Assembly (NCBI GenBank): GCA_963795855.1
Contig: CAWCIZ010000003.1
Coordinates: forward strand, 512,001-576,000
DNA: 64,000 nucleotides
From: Vulcanimicrobiota bacterium
GTDB taxonomy: Bacteria; Vulcanimicrobiota; Vulcanimicrobiia; Vulcanimicrobiales; Vulcanimicrobiaceae
Direction: 5' to 3'
A model generated the notes under the pieces. The model ran no database searches and was not told where the DNA came from. It worked only from the letters and a program-made list of their open reading frames with translations. Below are positions 1 through 9,923 of the stretch, one piece after another (within the stretch, counting starts at the first letter, position 1; the number at the start of each line of letters is the position of its first letter). The position numbers and the translations under genes are program-made.

Positions 1-150
1 AACGATCAGACGTGGCTTCCGCCCAACGGAACGTTCGACACTACCACGAACTTCGATTGGCCTTGGACTGCGGTTCCGCCGCCGGGCTGGCCGCAGGTAG
101 CGGATCCGGCCGCGCAGATCGCCGGAGGCGAAGTGCTCAATTCGCCGTAA
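1..150 (+). CDS. C-terminal end of an unknown protein (runs off the window)
   Basis: Frame +1 is open from base 1 (NDQTWLPPNGTFDTTTNFDWPW...) to TAA at 148-150. Confidence 0.5.
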   Translation, partial: NDQTWLPPNGTFDTTTNFDWPWTAVPPPGWPQVADPAAQIAGGEVLNSP

Positions 151-166
151 CGGGTATAAAAGCGCC

Positions 167-328
167 ATGCACGAGACTATTGAATGCGCGCACGATTTGT
201 GTAACTGCGGCGTGACGGCTGAAATCCAGGTCGAAGAGTACTGCAGTCAGGCTTGCAAGGACGCCGCTCAAAACGGTATCGAGATGGAGGCTTGCAACTG
301 CGGTCACCCGCAATGCGACACGCCTTAA
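167..328 (+). CDS. Bacterial metallothionein-like protein (SmtA/BmtA type), 53 aa
   Basis: Hand translation MHETIECAHDLCNCGVTAEIQVEEYCSQACKDAAQNGIEMEACNCGHPQCDTP; 8 Cys and 3 His with CAxxxCxC, YCSxxC and CGHxxC motifs as in SmtA; absent from the ORF track. Confidence 0.8.
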   Translation: MHETIECAHDLCNCGVTAEIQVEEYCSQACKDAAQNGIEMEACNCGHPQCDTP

Positions 329-369
329 GCGCTAACGCAAGGGAGACTTCCGGAAGCGTCCTCCTCGGG

Positions 370-2820
370 TTAGGGCCCTGAATAATTAAAGCCGTTGAAC
401 GATGACGGGATGATCGAGCCGCCCCCCGTGTTGATTCCAAATCCGGCGGCATGCGACGGGAAAGCCAGCAGGTTCAGCGTTACGTTGACCGTGCGCGAAT
501 TTTCGTTGTACTGGACTTGAATCTCGTAGCAGTCGCCGATGATGCGGCTGTAGTAGACGCTTTTGTTCTCGATGCGGCCTTTGTTCTTCCAATCCAAATC
601 GCCGACGAACTGCAGCCACGAGCCGTTGCCGAACGGCGTCGAGAATTGCAAGTTGGTCGTCGGGAAGCCCTGTCCCGGTCCGGGATTGAACGTGCCCTGC
701 AACGCGACGTACGAACGGCGCGAAGGACGCGTGGCCAGCTGATAGCCGACGGGCTGCGCTTGCCCGTTGAACGACGTCGTGAAGTTCAAACTGAGGTTGT
801 ACACGTCGCCGTTGAAGATGCGCAGAATGTCCGCTGCGTACTTCGTGTTCGGGCTGTTCTGTAAATCTATAGTCGAAAACGGCACGGTGCCCGGCCCGTT
901 GTAGTTCGTTTCCGTGTAACTGATGTTGTTCGCGATGTGCGATCCGATCGGCGTATTCAGCGTCATCTGCTGCTGAATGCTGGCTTTGAGATCGCCCGTC
1001 CCGTACGCGTACTGATGCACGGTCGCGTTTGCGCTGAAGTCGCCCAGAATCGAGTGGTAGAGCACCGGTCCCATCGTCAACCCGAGGTCCGCGCGCGCCG
1101 TCGTTTCCGGCGTCGATGGCTCGGTGTATTCACCGATCGTGAACGTCGGAGCGATCGGGAATAGGAAATGCGGCATGAAAAGATTCGGGCGTATCTGCAA
1201 TTCAGGTTCTTTGTTTATGCCGTACGGCTGCTGCGCGAACGTTTTATCGAACGTAAGCATATAGTCGGCTGCGCTGTTCGCCCAGTGCAGTTGATCGTCG
1301 ACCGAACCGGTCGAATTCTGGGTGAAAAACGATCCGTAGGTTGATTGGCTGCGCGTTAAACTGGCCGTGAAGCTGTTTTGCAGCGTCGTTCCCAAACTGC
1401 GCGTGTCCGAAAAGCCGAAGCCGTCGGAGGACGCCTGACCTGCCGTGCTGGAACGGCGATACGTATAACTCTGGTTTTCAAGGCCGTTTGCATGGGTGAC
1501 CGTTGCGTTCGCGTTGCTGTTCGGCGGGAAGTTGACCAGCGGACCGTAGTTGCCTTGATACTGGTAGCCGAACTGCCCGCGCAAAGTCTGCGAGAAGTTT
1601 TCCTGATCTTGCGCGGAGATATTGTATTGCGTGCTGCCCTGCAGCCGGTTCGCAATGCGCTGGACATCTATGTTGCTCGTGCGCTTGCCGTTGCGCGGAC
1701 TAATCGTTCCGTTGTAACCAAGGGTCGTGCCTTGTTTGGTGTAAAACTCGATCGTGTAGTAGCCGTAGTAATACTGGTCTCGGCCGAACCCAATCCGAGC
1801 GCGCACGAAGAAGCCCTGATACTGGTTGTAGCCGATCTCCGGAAAGAACTGCGGCCGGCGCCGTTCGTCGCTGACGCTGCGCAGCGGAATTACCACGCGC
1901 GGCAGCCAGAAGACCGCCGCCGCGCCCAGCCAGAGAACCGCCTTCGAGATCACGATGCGATCGCCCGGGATTACGTCGATGGTGCGGCCCGTAAGGTGAT
2001 AGCCGGCGCGCGGCCGTTCACACGTCGTGACGCTGGCGAAGTTTCCGTGCGAAACGCCGTGCTCGTCGGAATGCAAGTCCTTGGCGCTGAAATACACGAG
2101 CCCGCGCTCCACGCCTTGCGAACTCTCGCCGCGCCCGTTGTACAAGTCCGCTTTTTCCGCAACCGTGTCGAACGTAATTTTGTCGGCGTACAATATGGAG
2201 TTCTTCGTGTTGTCGATGATGTACGGATTGCCGGTGACGGTAATCGTTCGAACGCCGTCGTAATGCGCGCGATCGCCGACGAGCACTTCGTTCTGATAAA
2301 AGATGTGGACGTTGCCGGTCGCGTCTCCGGGAACGCCCGCCTTCGTGCTGCCGGTAATTTTGTCGGCCATGACCGCGACGTAACCGGGGCGCAGCGTCGG
2401 CGCAGCGCTCGGCGCCGGGGAGGGTGACGGCGTAAGCTGCTGCGCCGGAGCAATGCTCGGGGACGCCGACGGGCGGGTCAGGAACACCGGCCCGGACGAA
2501 GCGCTCGGCGCCGGCGTAGGGGTAGGAACCGGCGGCGGCGTCACCTGCGGCGAGCCGGTAGGGAAGGGCGTCGCATAGGGCGCGCCGGGCGCGACCGGCA
2601 CCGGCGAGAATGACGGTGAGGGGCTGGGCGACGGCGTCGTGGCTTGCGCTACCTGCTCATCCCGAAATGCAGTGCCGCACGGCCGGCCATTCAGAAGCGC
2701 GAGCGCGCGCATGGACTGCGCATCATCGAAGGTTTGCGCTCCCGCCGGAACGACGGCGCCGGTAAAGGCGAGCAAGCACGCCAGCGCGCAAATCGTGCGG
2801 CGAGTTCGCGGCCATCGCAC
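370..2820 (-). CDS. lptD: LPS-assembly outer-membrane protein, LptD/OstA-like
   Basis: Signal peptide, Pro-rich linker, OstA-like beta-jellyroll (ATGNVHIFY, TTCE...YHL), beta-barrel-like C-terminal part; adjacent to an LptF/G gene. Confidence 0.7.
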   Translation of the reverse strand: MRWPRTRRTICALACLLAFTGAVVPAGAQTFDDAQSMRALALLNGRPCGTAFRDEQVAQATTPSPSPSPSFSPVPVAPGAPYATPFPTGSPQVTPPPVPTPTPAPSASSGPVFLTRPSASPSIAPAQQLTPSPSPAPSAAPTLRPGYVAVMADKITGSTKAGVPGDATGNVHIFYQNEVLVGDRAHYDGVRTITVTGNPYIIDNTKNSILYADKITFDTVAEKADLYNGRGESSQGVERGLVYFSAKDLHSDEHGVSHGNFASVTTCERPRAGYHLTGRTIDVIPGDRIVISKAVLWLGAAAVFWLPRVVIPLRSVSDERRRPQFFPEIGYNQYQGFFVRARIGFGRDQYYYGYYTIEFYTKQGTTLGYNGTISPRNGKRTSNIDVQRIANRLQGSTQYNISAQDQENFSQTLRGQFGYQYQGNYGPLVNFPPNSNANATVTHANGLENQSYTYRRSSTAGQASSDGFGFSDTRSLGTTLQNSFTASLTRSQSTYGSFFTQNSTGSVDDQLHWANSAADYMLTFDKTFAQQPYGINKEPELQIRPNLFMPHFLFPIAPTFTIGEYTEPSTPETTARADLGLTMGPVLYHSILGDFSANATVHQYAYGTGDLKASIQQQMTLNTPIGSHIANNISYTETNYNGPGTVPFSTIDLQNSPNTKYAADILRIFNGDVYNLSLNFTTSFNGQAQPVGYQLATRPSRRSYVALQGTFNPGPGQGFPTTNLQFSTPFGNGSWLQFVGDLDWKNKGRIENKSVYYSRIIGDCYEIQVQYNENSRTVNVTLNLLAFPSHAAGFGINTGGGSIIPSSFNGFNYSGP

Positions 2821-2823
2821 CGC

Positions 2824-3978
2824 TTAGTGCTCTTCGCTCCAGAGAAGCCCGAGGCCGGCCGCGCCGAAAATCACGTTCGGTAACCACGCCGCCACGTAGG
2901 GATTCATGCGTCCGGTGCTGCCGAACGCGGCTGCTGCTTCGGTCATGACGTAATACACGAAGAACGCAACGATGGCCAGCGCCATTCCCATCGCGCGGCC
3001 TTTTTTTCCGAACCGAATCGCCATGGGCAGCGCGATGAGAACGCTCACGACGGCGGAGAACGGAAATGCGAACTTGTCGGCCAAATTCAACTCGAGGTTG
3101 CCGAGCGCTTCACCACCGACGCCTTGTGCGCGCAGTGCATTGACCTGCTGCGAGAGCTGTTTGGAGTTCATCGTGTACGCGTCGCTGTTTTGCGTGCTGA
3201 GGAATTGCGCCGCGCTCTCGCCGAGCGGCAAGCCGATGCGAAACTCCGGCGTCGTGGCTTGCGACGTTTCGTAGCCGTTCGCGTTGTAGTACGTCATGAT
3301 CGCGTCCGTCAGTACGAGCGTCGCGCCCTCGACGTGCGCGGTTTTTGCCTGAATCGTTTGGTTGAAGTAGCCTCCGCGTCCGGGCTTGAAGATTTGCACG
3401 CCCGCCATCGTGCGTTCGTCGGGCAGCACTTGGCTTACGAAAAATACGTTGCCGGTGTCGGGGTCTTTGCGGAAGAACTGCGGTTCGACCGGCAGCGACG
3501 CCGTGTGATAGATGATTTGGTAGAACGTGCGCGTCGACAAATCGACGGCTTTCGGCGCGACGAACTCGTTCATGCCCCACGTGAAGAAAAACACGCAGAT
3601 GCCGAAGGCGAACGGCGTGAGCGCAAACCGCCACAACGACACGCCGGACGTGCGGATCGCGTTGATTTCGTTATCTGCCATGAGCCGGCCCATGCCGAGC
3701 AGCGTTGCGAAGATCGTCGCGAACGGGAACGCCATCGGAATCGACTGCGGAATTCGAAAGACCACGAATCTCAGAACGAGAAACAGCGGCGCGTTCTGCG
3801 CGATGATGTACTTCGCGGCCAAGAAGAAAATGTTGAAGCCCCAGAACAAAAAGAACGCGATGAACGCGAACAAAAAGGGGCCGAGGATCTCGCCAAGGAT
3901 GTACGAGTCCAAGATCGGCAGACGCAGTTGGCGGAGCAGGCCGCTCGGCGCAGTCCGCGCGCCGGTAATGGACGCCAT
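2824..3978 (-). CDS. LptF/LptG (YjgP/YjgQ) family permease
   Basis: ILDxYI N-terminus, NEINAIRTSGVS, AAWLPN motifs; 3+3 TM helices around a periplasmic domain. Confidence 0.9.
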   Translation of the reverse strand: MASITGARTAPSGLLRQLRLPILDSYILGEILGPFLFAFIAFFLFWGFNIFFLAAKYIIAQNAPLFLVLRFVVFRIPQSIPMAFPFATIFATLLGMGRLMADNEINAIRTSGVSLWRFALTPFAFGICVFFFTWGMNEFVAPKAVDLSTRTFYQIIYHTASLPVEPQFFRKDPDTGNVFFVSQVLPDERTMAGVQIFKPGRGGYFNQTIQAKTAHVEGATLVLTDAIMTYYNANGYETSQATTPEFRIGLPLGESAAQFLSTQNSDAYTMNSKQLSQQVNALRAQGVGGEALGNLELNLADKFAFPFSAVVSVLIALPMAIRFGKKGRAMGMALAIVAFFVYYVMTEAAAAFGSTGRMNPYVAAWLPNVIFGAAGLGLLWSEEH

Positions 3979-4001
3979 CGCCCTTACGCTACGTGAAGGG
4001 G

Positions 4002-4475
4002 TTAATAGTCCCTGTAAGCGGAGAGGACGCGTGCGACGTACGCGCGCGTTTCGGCGTAGGGTGGAACGCCGTGATATTGATCCACCGCGCCGGGTCCCGC
4101 GTTATATGCGGCGACCGCGAGTTCGACGTTATTGTTGTAGCGTTCCAGCAGTCCGTGCAGATAGCGCGTGCCGCAATCCACGTTTTCGGCCGGATCGAAC
4201 GGGTTGCCGATCCCGCAGGAAGCCGACGTGCCCGGCATGAGTTGCATGAGCCCTTGCGCACCGGCAAGGCTGATCGCCGACGGATTCCCGGCCGATTCGG
4301 CCATGACGACCGCGTTCACGAGCGCGGGCTGGACCCCGTTGCGCGCGGAGGCATCGTCGACCAGGCTCTGGATCTGCGCCGGGTTCAGGGCATGCGGAGC
4401 ATAGGGCAAGTAGCCGGCGCCGCTGCAGCCGTAAAGGAGCCCCAACAGACAAGAGAGCCCGAGCAGTCTCTTCAT
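4002..4475 (-). CDS. Lytic transglycosylase (SLT domain) lipoprotein
   Basis: AES, GLMQLMP, AAYNAGPG and ETRAYV motifs; start moved to MKRLL, which gives a lipobox (LYGC). Confidence 0.9.
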   Translation of the reverse strand: MKRLLGLSCLLGLLYGCSGAGYLPYAPHALNPAQIQSLVDDASARNGVQPALVNAVVMAESAGNPSAISLAGAQGLMQLMPGTSASCGIGNPFDPAENVDCGTRYLHGLLERYNNNVELAVAAYNAGPGAVDQYHGVPPYAETRAYVARVLSAYRDY

Positions 4476-4571
4476 GCGTAATCTGGCCTTTTCGTACCGT
4501 GTACGTACCCCGCCTGCGCAGCGGCGGCATCCTGAGCGCATCCTAACACGGTTGAAACGTTCGCCCTAACG

Positions 4572-4605
4572 AAAAGGGCCGGCGCGCTCGGCGCCGGCCC
4601 CTTTT
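4572..4605. terminator. Rho-independent terminator, potentially bidirectional
   Basis: AAAAGGGCCGGCGC-gctcg-GCGCCGGCCCCTTTT. Confidence 0.75.
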
Positions 4606-4621
4606 CATTCAGCGATTGCCC

Positions 4622-4816
4622 TCAGGCGCGGCTCCAGGAACTGTGCACGCGCGTGCATTGCCAGTGTGCCGAGAACCGCCTGCGCAGCTCTGCGTGCGAG
4701 AACGCGTGGAAACGCGCAACCCGCAACACAAGGCGCAGAATTCGAAACTTGGGTTCAGTTTTGAGAACCGAGCGACGGCAGGAAAACCGGCGGCTCGGCG
4801 GGTCCATCATCATCAT
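4622..4816 (-). CDS. Small Arg-rich hypothetical protein (64 aa)
   Basis: TATAAT (4842-4837) and GAGGG upstream; terminator just after the stop. Confidence 0.35.
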   Translation of the reverse strand: MMMMDPPSRRFSCRRSVLKTEPKFRILRLVLRVARFHAFSHAELRRRFSAHWQCTRVHSSWSRA

Positions 4817-4912
4817 GGCTCAGCCCTCGGTAGTCCATTATACCGCGTTTCGCCTGCGAATTGTGGCCCAGGAAGCTGCGTATTTTTCCCAACAGGCAGA
4901 GCGGCGGCTTGC

Positions 4913-5990
4913 TTACCTCGCCAGAGAGCGCACTTTACGGACCGCGGCGTCGACCGCCCGGATGACCAGGTTCGGATCTTCCAGTTCGATATAGTGTCCG
5001 CTCTTGGGGGCAAACCACTGCTTCGAATCGCTCGAGAGCTTCAGCCACTGCGCCTGCGCGCGCGCATTGTCGCGTTCGAATCGTTCCGCCTCGGCTCGCT
5101 CTTTCGCAGGCAGATGGGCGACGTCTCCAAAGTGGTGCAGCGCCGTCAACACGTAGAGCGGTTTGCGGCCCAGACGATGAACGTGGGTTTTGAGATATCG
5201 CTCATCGGCCGGCATTTCGGCGCCTTCCGAAATGATTTGATTCCAGAGCGGTACCTGGGTCTTTGAAGTCCGCTCGATGTAGCGATTCAGTGCCGCGGAA
5301 AATGCCGGGTCCGGCATTTTTCGAAAGAACACGTGATTGCACGGAAAGGACTTAGAGGAGCCCGGATAGCTCTCGCGCGGCAACGGACGTCCGGCAACGA
5401 TCGCGGCCCGGCATTTTTCAAAACCCGCCGTCATGCTGCGATCGAACGCATCTTCTTCGCGCTCGTCGCCGGGCGGCTGCACGTCTCCGTTTTCACCGTC
5501 GACGATCACCATGCCGGCGACCTCCGTGGGGTAGAGATCGAAAAACGTGCGGATGTCGTAGCTGCCGAATGAGTGCCCTACCAGAACGTACGGGCCGCCG
5601 ATGCCGCCGGCATGAAGCGCCGCGTGGAGATCGTGTGCGATGCGCACGCTGGTGCGCGGCATTATCCCCGGATCGCTAAAGCCGCTTCCCGGCCGATCGT
5701 CAGCTGCACGCGCGCGAAAACTTGGCAATGCGCGGCTGGACGATTGCCCATGCCGGCGACCAATCCTCGAAGCCCGCATCGAACACCACCGTGGGCGCGC
5801 CGGCGCCTTCGCAGTTGAAATTGATTCCTCGCCCGTGAACGCTCACAATCCGCCCCGGCCGGGTGTAGATCGCATCTCCCGGCGCGGCGGCTGCGGGCGC
5901 GGCAAGCGCAAACATGGACGCAAGCGTGAGGACAAAGGCCAAACGGCGCAAGGGCATCTCCTCTCGTGACGCGATCGTGTCGAATGGCAC
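4913..5990 (-). CDS. Secreted alpha/beta hydrolase, frameshifted near 5700
   Basis: PTVVFDAG...ACS then (Y)DRPGSGFSD, GHSFG nucleophile, SGHYI; TGCAGCTGACGAT has one extra base relative to CSYD. Confidence 0.8.
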
Positions 5991-6047
5991 CCAACACTTT
6001 CGCGCTCCCGCCGGCTCTATTACTATAGAACCGATGGATCACATGCG

Positions 6048-6608
6048 ATGAACTGCGAGCAACCCGTATCGGCGGCTCTCGTCGAGGCGGCGATAAACGG
6101 CGGAACTCCGGAAGCGGACGAGCTGATACGCGTCGTATGGCCTCGCGCGTATCGCCTCGCGTTTTCGGTCGTGCGCGACCGTACGCTTGCGGAGGACGCG
6201 GCTCAAGAAGCTTGCGCGGTTTTGTTCCGTTCCATTCGCGGCTTGCGCTGCGTCGATGCTTTTGCGGTGTGGTTTTATCGCATCGCCGTTCGTCAAGCGC
6301 TTGCGGTAGAACGACGAAATGCATCGGCGGCGGTCGAGCCGGATGGAACGAGCGATTCTGCGCTGGAGGAGTCGTTGCTGCGCCTGGACGTTTGCAACGC
6401 GCTCGCAGTCCTTACGCCGCAGCAGCGCATCGCGATTGCGTTGTACTACTACGCCGAAATGAACAGCCGTGAGATCGCGCAGGTGCTCGGCATCCAAGAC
6501 AGCTCCGTACGATTCCATCTCATGCGAGCGAAACGATCGCTCGAAAAAAGTTTAAGAGATCAGAACCGCGACGACGTCCGAGCCGAGGAGCCATATGGCG
6601 CGGCCTAA
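6048..6608 (+). CDS. ECF (sigma-70 group 4) RNA polymerase sigma factor
   Basis: AEDAAQEA, FAVWFYRIA, region 4.2 SREIAQVLGIQDSSVRFHLMRA. Confidence 0.9.
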   Translation: MNCEQPVSAALVEAAINGGTPEADELIRVVWPRAYRLAFSVVRDRTLAEDAAQEACAVLFRSIRGLRCVDAFAVWFYRIAVRQALAVERRNASAAVEPDGTSDSALEESLLRLDVCNALAVLTPQQRIAIALYYYAEMNSREIAQVLGIQDSSVRFHLMRAKRSLEKSLRDQNRDDVRAEEPYGAA

Positions 6609-6897
6609 TCCGGATCCGGCCTTGCGTGACGCGCTTGATTTTTCGGCGCCCGCAGTTCGGCTGTGCGCAATTCACGCTCGGGCGCGTTCCGCCGCGGTGC
6701 GCGAGCGGTTCACTCGCTTTGGTCTCGGAGCCCTTGTCTTAGCCGTACTGACGATCACGATGAGCGGGGTCGGGACAGGCGGTGCTGCGATCAAGACTGC
6801 TATGCCGCCGGCGGATCCACGCATTCCAACCCCGCTGGCATCTGCGACACCCCTGGTACCCGCTCCCATGCCTGCACCCGCGCCCACGATCACTTAA
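6595..6897 (+). CDS. Small single-TM protein, putative anti-sigma factor
   Basis: Overlaps the ECF gene end; one TM helix and a Pro/Thr-rich extracytoplasmic tail. Confidence 0.55.
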   Translation: MARPNPDPALRDALDFSAPAVRLCAIHARARSAAVRERFTRFGLGALVLAVLTITMSGVGTGGAAIKTAMPPADPRIPTPLASATPLVPAPMPAPAPTIT

Positions 6898-6918
6898 AGC
6901 CGGAGAAAGAACCGCTTA

Positions 6919-9831
6919 ATGCTCAGACGTCGGCTCGACGGTTTATTTGATGCTGCCCAAACTCGGTCATGGCTCGCCGTCATTCTGATTGCCGGGCTGG
7001 TGCTGCGTGTAGCGTTCGTTCGAAGCCAAGGCTTCGCTACGGACGCCGGCGATTTTTCGACTTGGGCCGTATCGCTCGCGAGTCATCATCTCGCAAATTT
7101 CTACGCCTCGACGTCGTTTGCGGATTATCCGCCTGGATACTTATACGTGCTCTGGACGATCGGCGAGCTTTATGCGGCGCTCGCGCCTCACGGCAACCCC
7201 GAGCTGCTTGCCATTCTCGTCAAGTCGCCGGCGATATTGATGGACTTCATCGACGGTGCGCTGCTATTCGTGCTCGTCCGTCGCATCGCGGGCGACCTCT
7301 GGGCGATAATCGTCTGCGCGGCTTTCACGCTGAATCCGGCGGTGATTTTCATTTCGGCGGTGTGGGGACAGGTCGATTCGGTTGCGCTCGCCTTCGTCCT
7401 CGTAGCGATAATCGCTCAGTTACGGACGACCGACGGTGGAAAGGGAGTGCTCCGCGATACGGTCATCGCGTGGTTTGCCCTTTCGTGCTCGATTCTCATC
7501 AAGCCGCAAGCCGTGTGTTTGGCGCCGCTTTTTCTGGCAGCGGCTTTGTGCGCGAAGACCGGCTTGCGCACACGAATACTGGCGCCGGTGCTCGGCATAG
7601 CCTCCGGAGTAGTTTCGGCATACGTCATCGCGTTGCCGTTTCATCCAACCGCCGACCCGTTGAATGTGCTGTCGTGGCTGTACCACCAGTACGAAACCGG
7701 CAGCCGCGTATATCCGTACAATTCCGTCAACGCATTCAATTTGTGGACCGTCTTGCATCCGTTCTGGCAACGCGACCTGCAGCAAATCGGGCCGATTCCG
7801 CAGTACGCGTGGGGTATAGTTCTGGTCTGCGCAGCAGTTGTGCTCGTGGTATTTCGCTATGCGCAGCAACGGACGGAGCGTGCTTTCATCGAGGCCGCCG
7901 CACTCATCGGCCTGGCGTTCTTCATGCTCGCTACGCGCATGCACGAGCGCTATATTTATGACGGCCTGGTTCTGGCGATGTGCGCGATGCCGTTCGCGCG
8001 GCGGTACGTCGCCGGTGCCGCGACGTTTTCGATCACGCTGCTCGTGAATCTGTTCTACTCGCTGCGGTATCTGAGCGTGGTTACGCACGGTGTCGCCGGC
8101 GTGAATCAGACGGATATGTGGGGCGCCGCCGATCATCTCATATCACTCGTCAACGTCGGCGTGTTCTTCTGGCTTGCGTACACGTTTCTGGGGGAGGAGC
8201 ACGTGCAATCACGCGCCGCACGACCGGCAAAGCGCGCACGCGGCCGTACTGCGGCCGGGAGCAGCGTAGGCTTCGATGCCAACGAGGGCCGTGCCGGTCT
8301 CGCTTGGCCGATCGATTACGTCGTCTGCGCTGCCCTCACCACGGCTTCATTCGTCATCTTGTACGTGCGCTTTTGGTTTCCGCCCGGGAAAATTTTCGAC
8401 GAGGTGTATTTCGCGCGCGCGGCGGAGGAGTACTTGCACCGGCAGTACATCTACGAAAACACGCATCCGCCGGTTACGAAACTGCTCATTACGCTTTCGA
8501 CGCTGATGTTCGGCGACAATTCGTACGGCTGGCGTTTCTTGGACGTGGTTTTCGGCGCCGCGGCAATCTGGCTGCTTTACGCCCTGCTGAAACGAGTTAC
8601 GGGCTCGACGTTGTTTTCGGCTTACGGCGCGGGGCTTTTTATGTTCGACGGCATGCATTTCGTGCAGTCTCGGATCGCAACGCCGGAAAGTTTCGTCGTG
8701 GTGTTCGCGCTGCTCACCGTCTATACGTTCTATCGCTGGTGGATTGCTTCGCAAGTACCCTCGGAACACGACCCCGGCACGAGGCCGGTTGTTTTGCGCG
8801 CGATCGGAGCGGGCTGTGCGTGCGTGCTCGGCGTAGCGGCTACGCAGGTGCGATTTCCGCACGAATCGGCGCCGGCGAAAGCGATTGTGGCGGCATGCCT
8901 CATTGCGGGACTGTACCTGGTTTCGTGCTTTGTCATAGGGCCGCGCAAACGAACCACCGCCGGTTTATGGCTTACGCTGTTCGCATTTTCAATAGCGCTT
9001 CTCGTCGCGAGCAAGTGGTACGGCGTGATGGCGTTCGGCGTCGCCTTCACGATCGTGTTCGGCCTGTGGCTGCAACCGAAGGCCGGAGCGGCGCTGCAGC
9101 GGCTCACTGGTGCGGCGGCCGGGCCTTCGCGGTGGGGTAACCCGAATATCGCGATCGACGCCATTGTCGCTACAATCGTGTTTGTTGTGGTTACCGTGTA
9201 TTTTGCCGCGTACATCCCGCAGTTCGTCGGGCTTTCAGACACCCCGGGTGCGCCGCCTCGGGCGTACACGGTGACCGACGTCGTCAATATGCAATACGCA
9301 GCATTCGAATATCACGACCACCTCGTCGCGACGCATCCATACCAGTCGCGATGGTGGCAGTGGCCGCTCGATCTGCGTCCGATTCTGTACTATTCGGAGT
9401 ACGGCGGCCGCGGCGCGACAGCTACGGCCGCGATGATCTACACGCTTGCGAATCCGCTGATTTTGTGGCTTGGCCTGCTCACCGTTCCGCTCGTCGCATA
9501 TCTCGGCTTGCGGGAACGAAGCAAAGGTTATGTGCTGATCGCGCTCACGTACGTCGCGCAGTGGCTGCCGTGGATGGGTTCGCCGCGAATTTCATTCGCG
9601 TACCATTTCTACGTGGATATACCGCTGATCTGCGCCTGCACCGCGATCGTAATGCAACGCTGGTGGATTCTCTGGCGCGACACGGGTCAGGCATCGGCCG
9701 GCAAATGGCTGATCGGCGGGTATTTCGGGGCCGCAACGCTGGCGTTTGTCTACTTCTATCCGATCTTGTCCGGGCTGACGATTCCTTCCGCCGCGTGGAT
9801 GCAGCGGATGTGGCTTCACAGCTGGATATAG
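6919..9831 (+). CDS. Two-module GT-C glycosyltransferase / protein O-mannosyltransferase (PMT family)
   Basis: N-terminal DYPP, WGQVDS and MHERY motifs; C-terminal IFDEVYF, THPP, HPYQSRWWQWP (PMT-type); many TM helices. Confidence 0.8.
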   Translation: MLRRRLDGLFDAAQTRSWLAVILIAGLVLRVAFVRSQGFATDAGDFSTWAVSLASHHLANFYASTSFADYPPGYLYVLWTIGELYAALAPHGNPELLAILVKSPAILMDFIDGALLFVLVRRIAGDLWAIIVCAAFTLNPAVIFISAVWGQVDSVALAFVLVAIIAQLRTTDGGKGVLRDTVIAWFALSCSILIKPQAVCLAPLFLAAALCAKTGLRTRILAPVLGIASGVVSAYVIALPFHPTADPLNVLSWLYHQYETGSRVYPYNSVNAFNLWTVLHPFWQRDLQQIGPIPQYAWGIVLVCAAVVLVVFRYAQQRTERAFIEAAALIGLAFFMLATRMHERYIYDGLVLAMCAMPFARRYVAGAATFSITLLVNLFYSLRYLSVVTHGVAGVNQTDMWGAADHLISLVNVGVFFWLAYTFLGEEHVQSRAARPAKRARGRTAAGSSVGFDANEGRAGLAWPIDYVVCAALTTASFVILYVRFWFPPGKIFDEVYFARAAEEYLHRQYIYENTHPPVTKLLITLSTLMFGDNSYGWRFLDVVFGAAAIWLLYALLKRVTGSTLFSAYGAGLFMFDGMHFVQSRIATPESFVVVFALLTVYTFYRWWIASQVPSEHDPGTRPVVLRAIGAGCACVLGVAATQVRFPHESAPAKAIVAACLIAGLYLVSCFVIGPRKRTTAGLWLTLFAFSIALLVASKWYGVMAFGVAFTIVFGLWLQPKAGAALQRLTGAAAGPSRWGNPNIAIDAIVATIVFVVVTVYFAAYIPQFVGLSDTPGAPPRAYTVTDVVNMQYAAFEYHDHLVATHPYQSRWWQWPLDLRPILYYSEYGGRGATATAAMIYTLANPLILWLGLLTVPLVAYLGLRERSKGYVLIALTYVAQWLPWMGSPRISFAYHFYVDIPLICACTAIVMQRWWILWRDTGQASAGKWLIGGYFGAATLAFVYFYPILSGLTIPSAAWMQRMWLHSWI

Positions 9832-9892
9832 GGCTTACGGCGGGACAAAGCGGTTGAGAGGCTTCCGCGCGCGTAGCAAACTAACCACGGCG

Positions 9893-9917
9893 CGGGGCGC
9901 TCACTAGCGCCCCGTTT
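9893..9917 (+). terminator. Hairpin terminator between convergent genes
   Basis: CGGGGCGC-tcacta-GCGCCCCG-TTT. Confidence 0.5.
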
Positions 9918-9923
9918 GGACTT

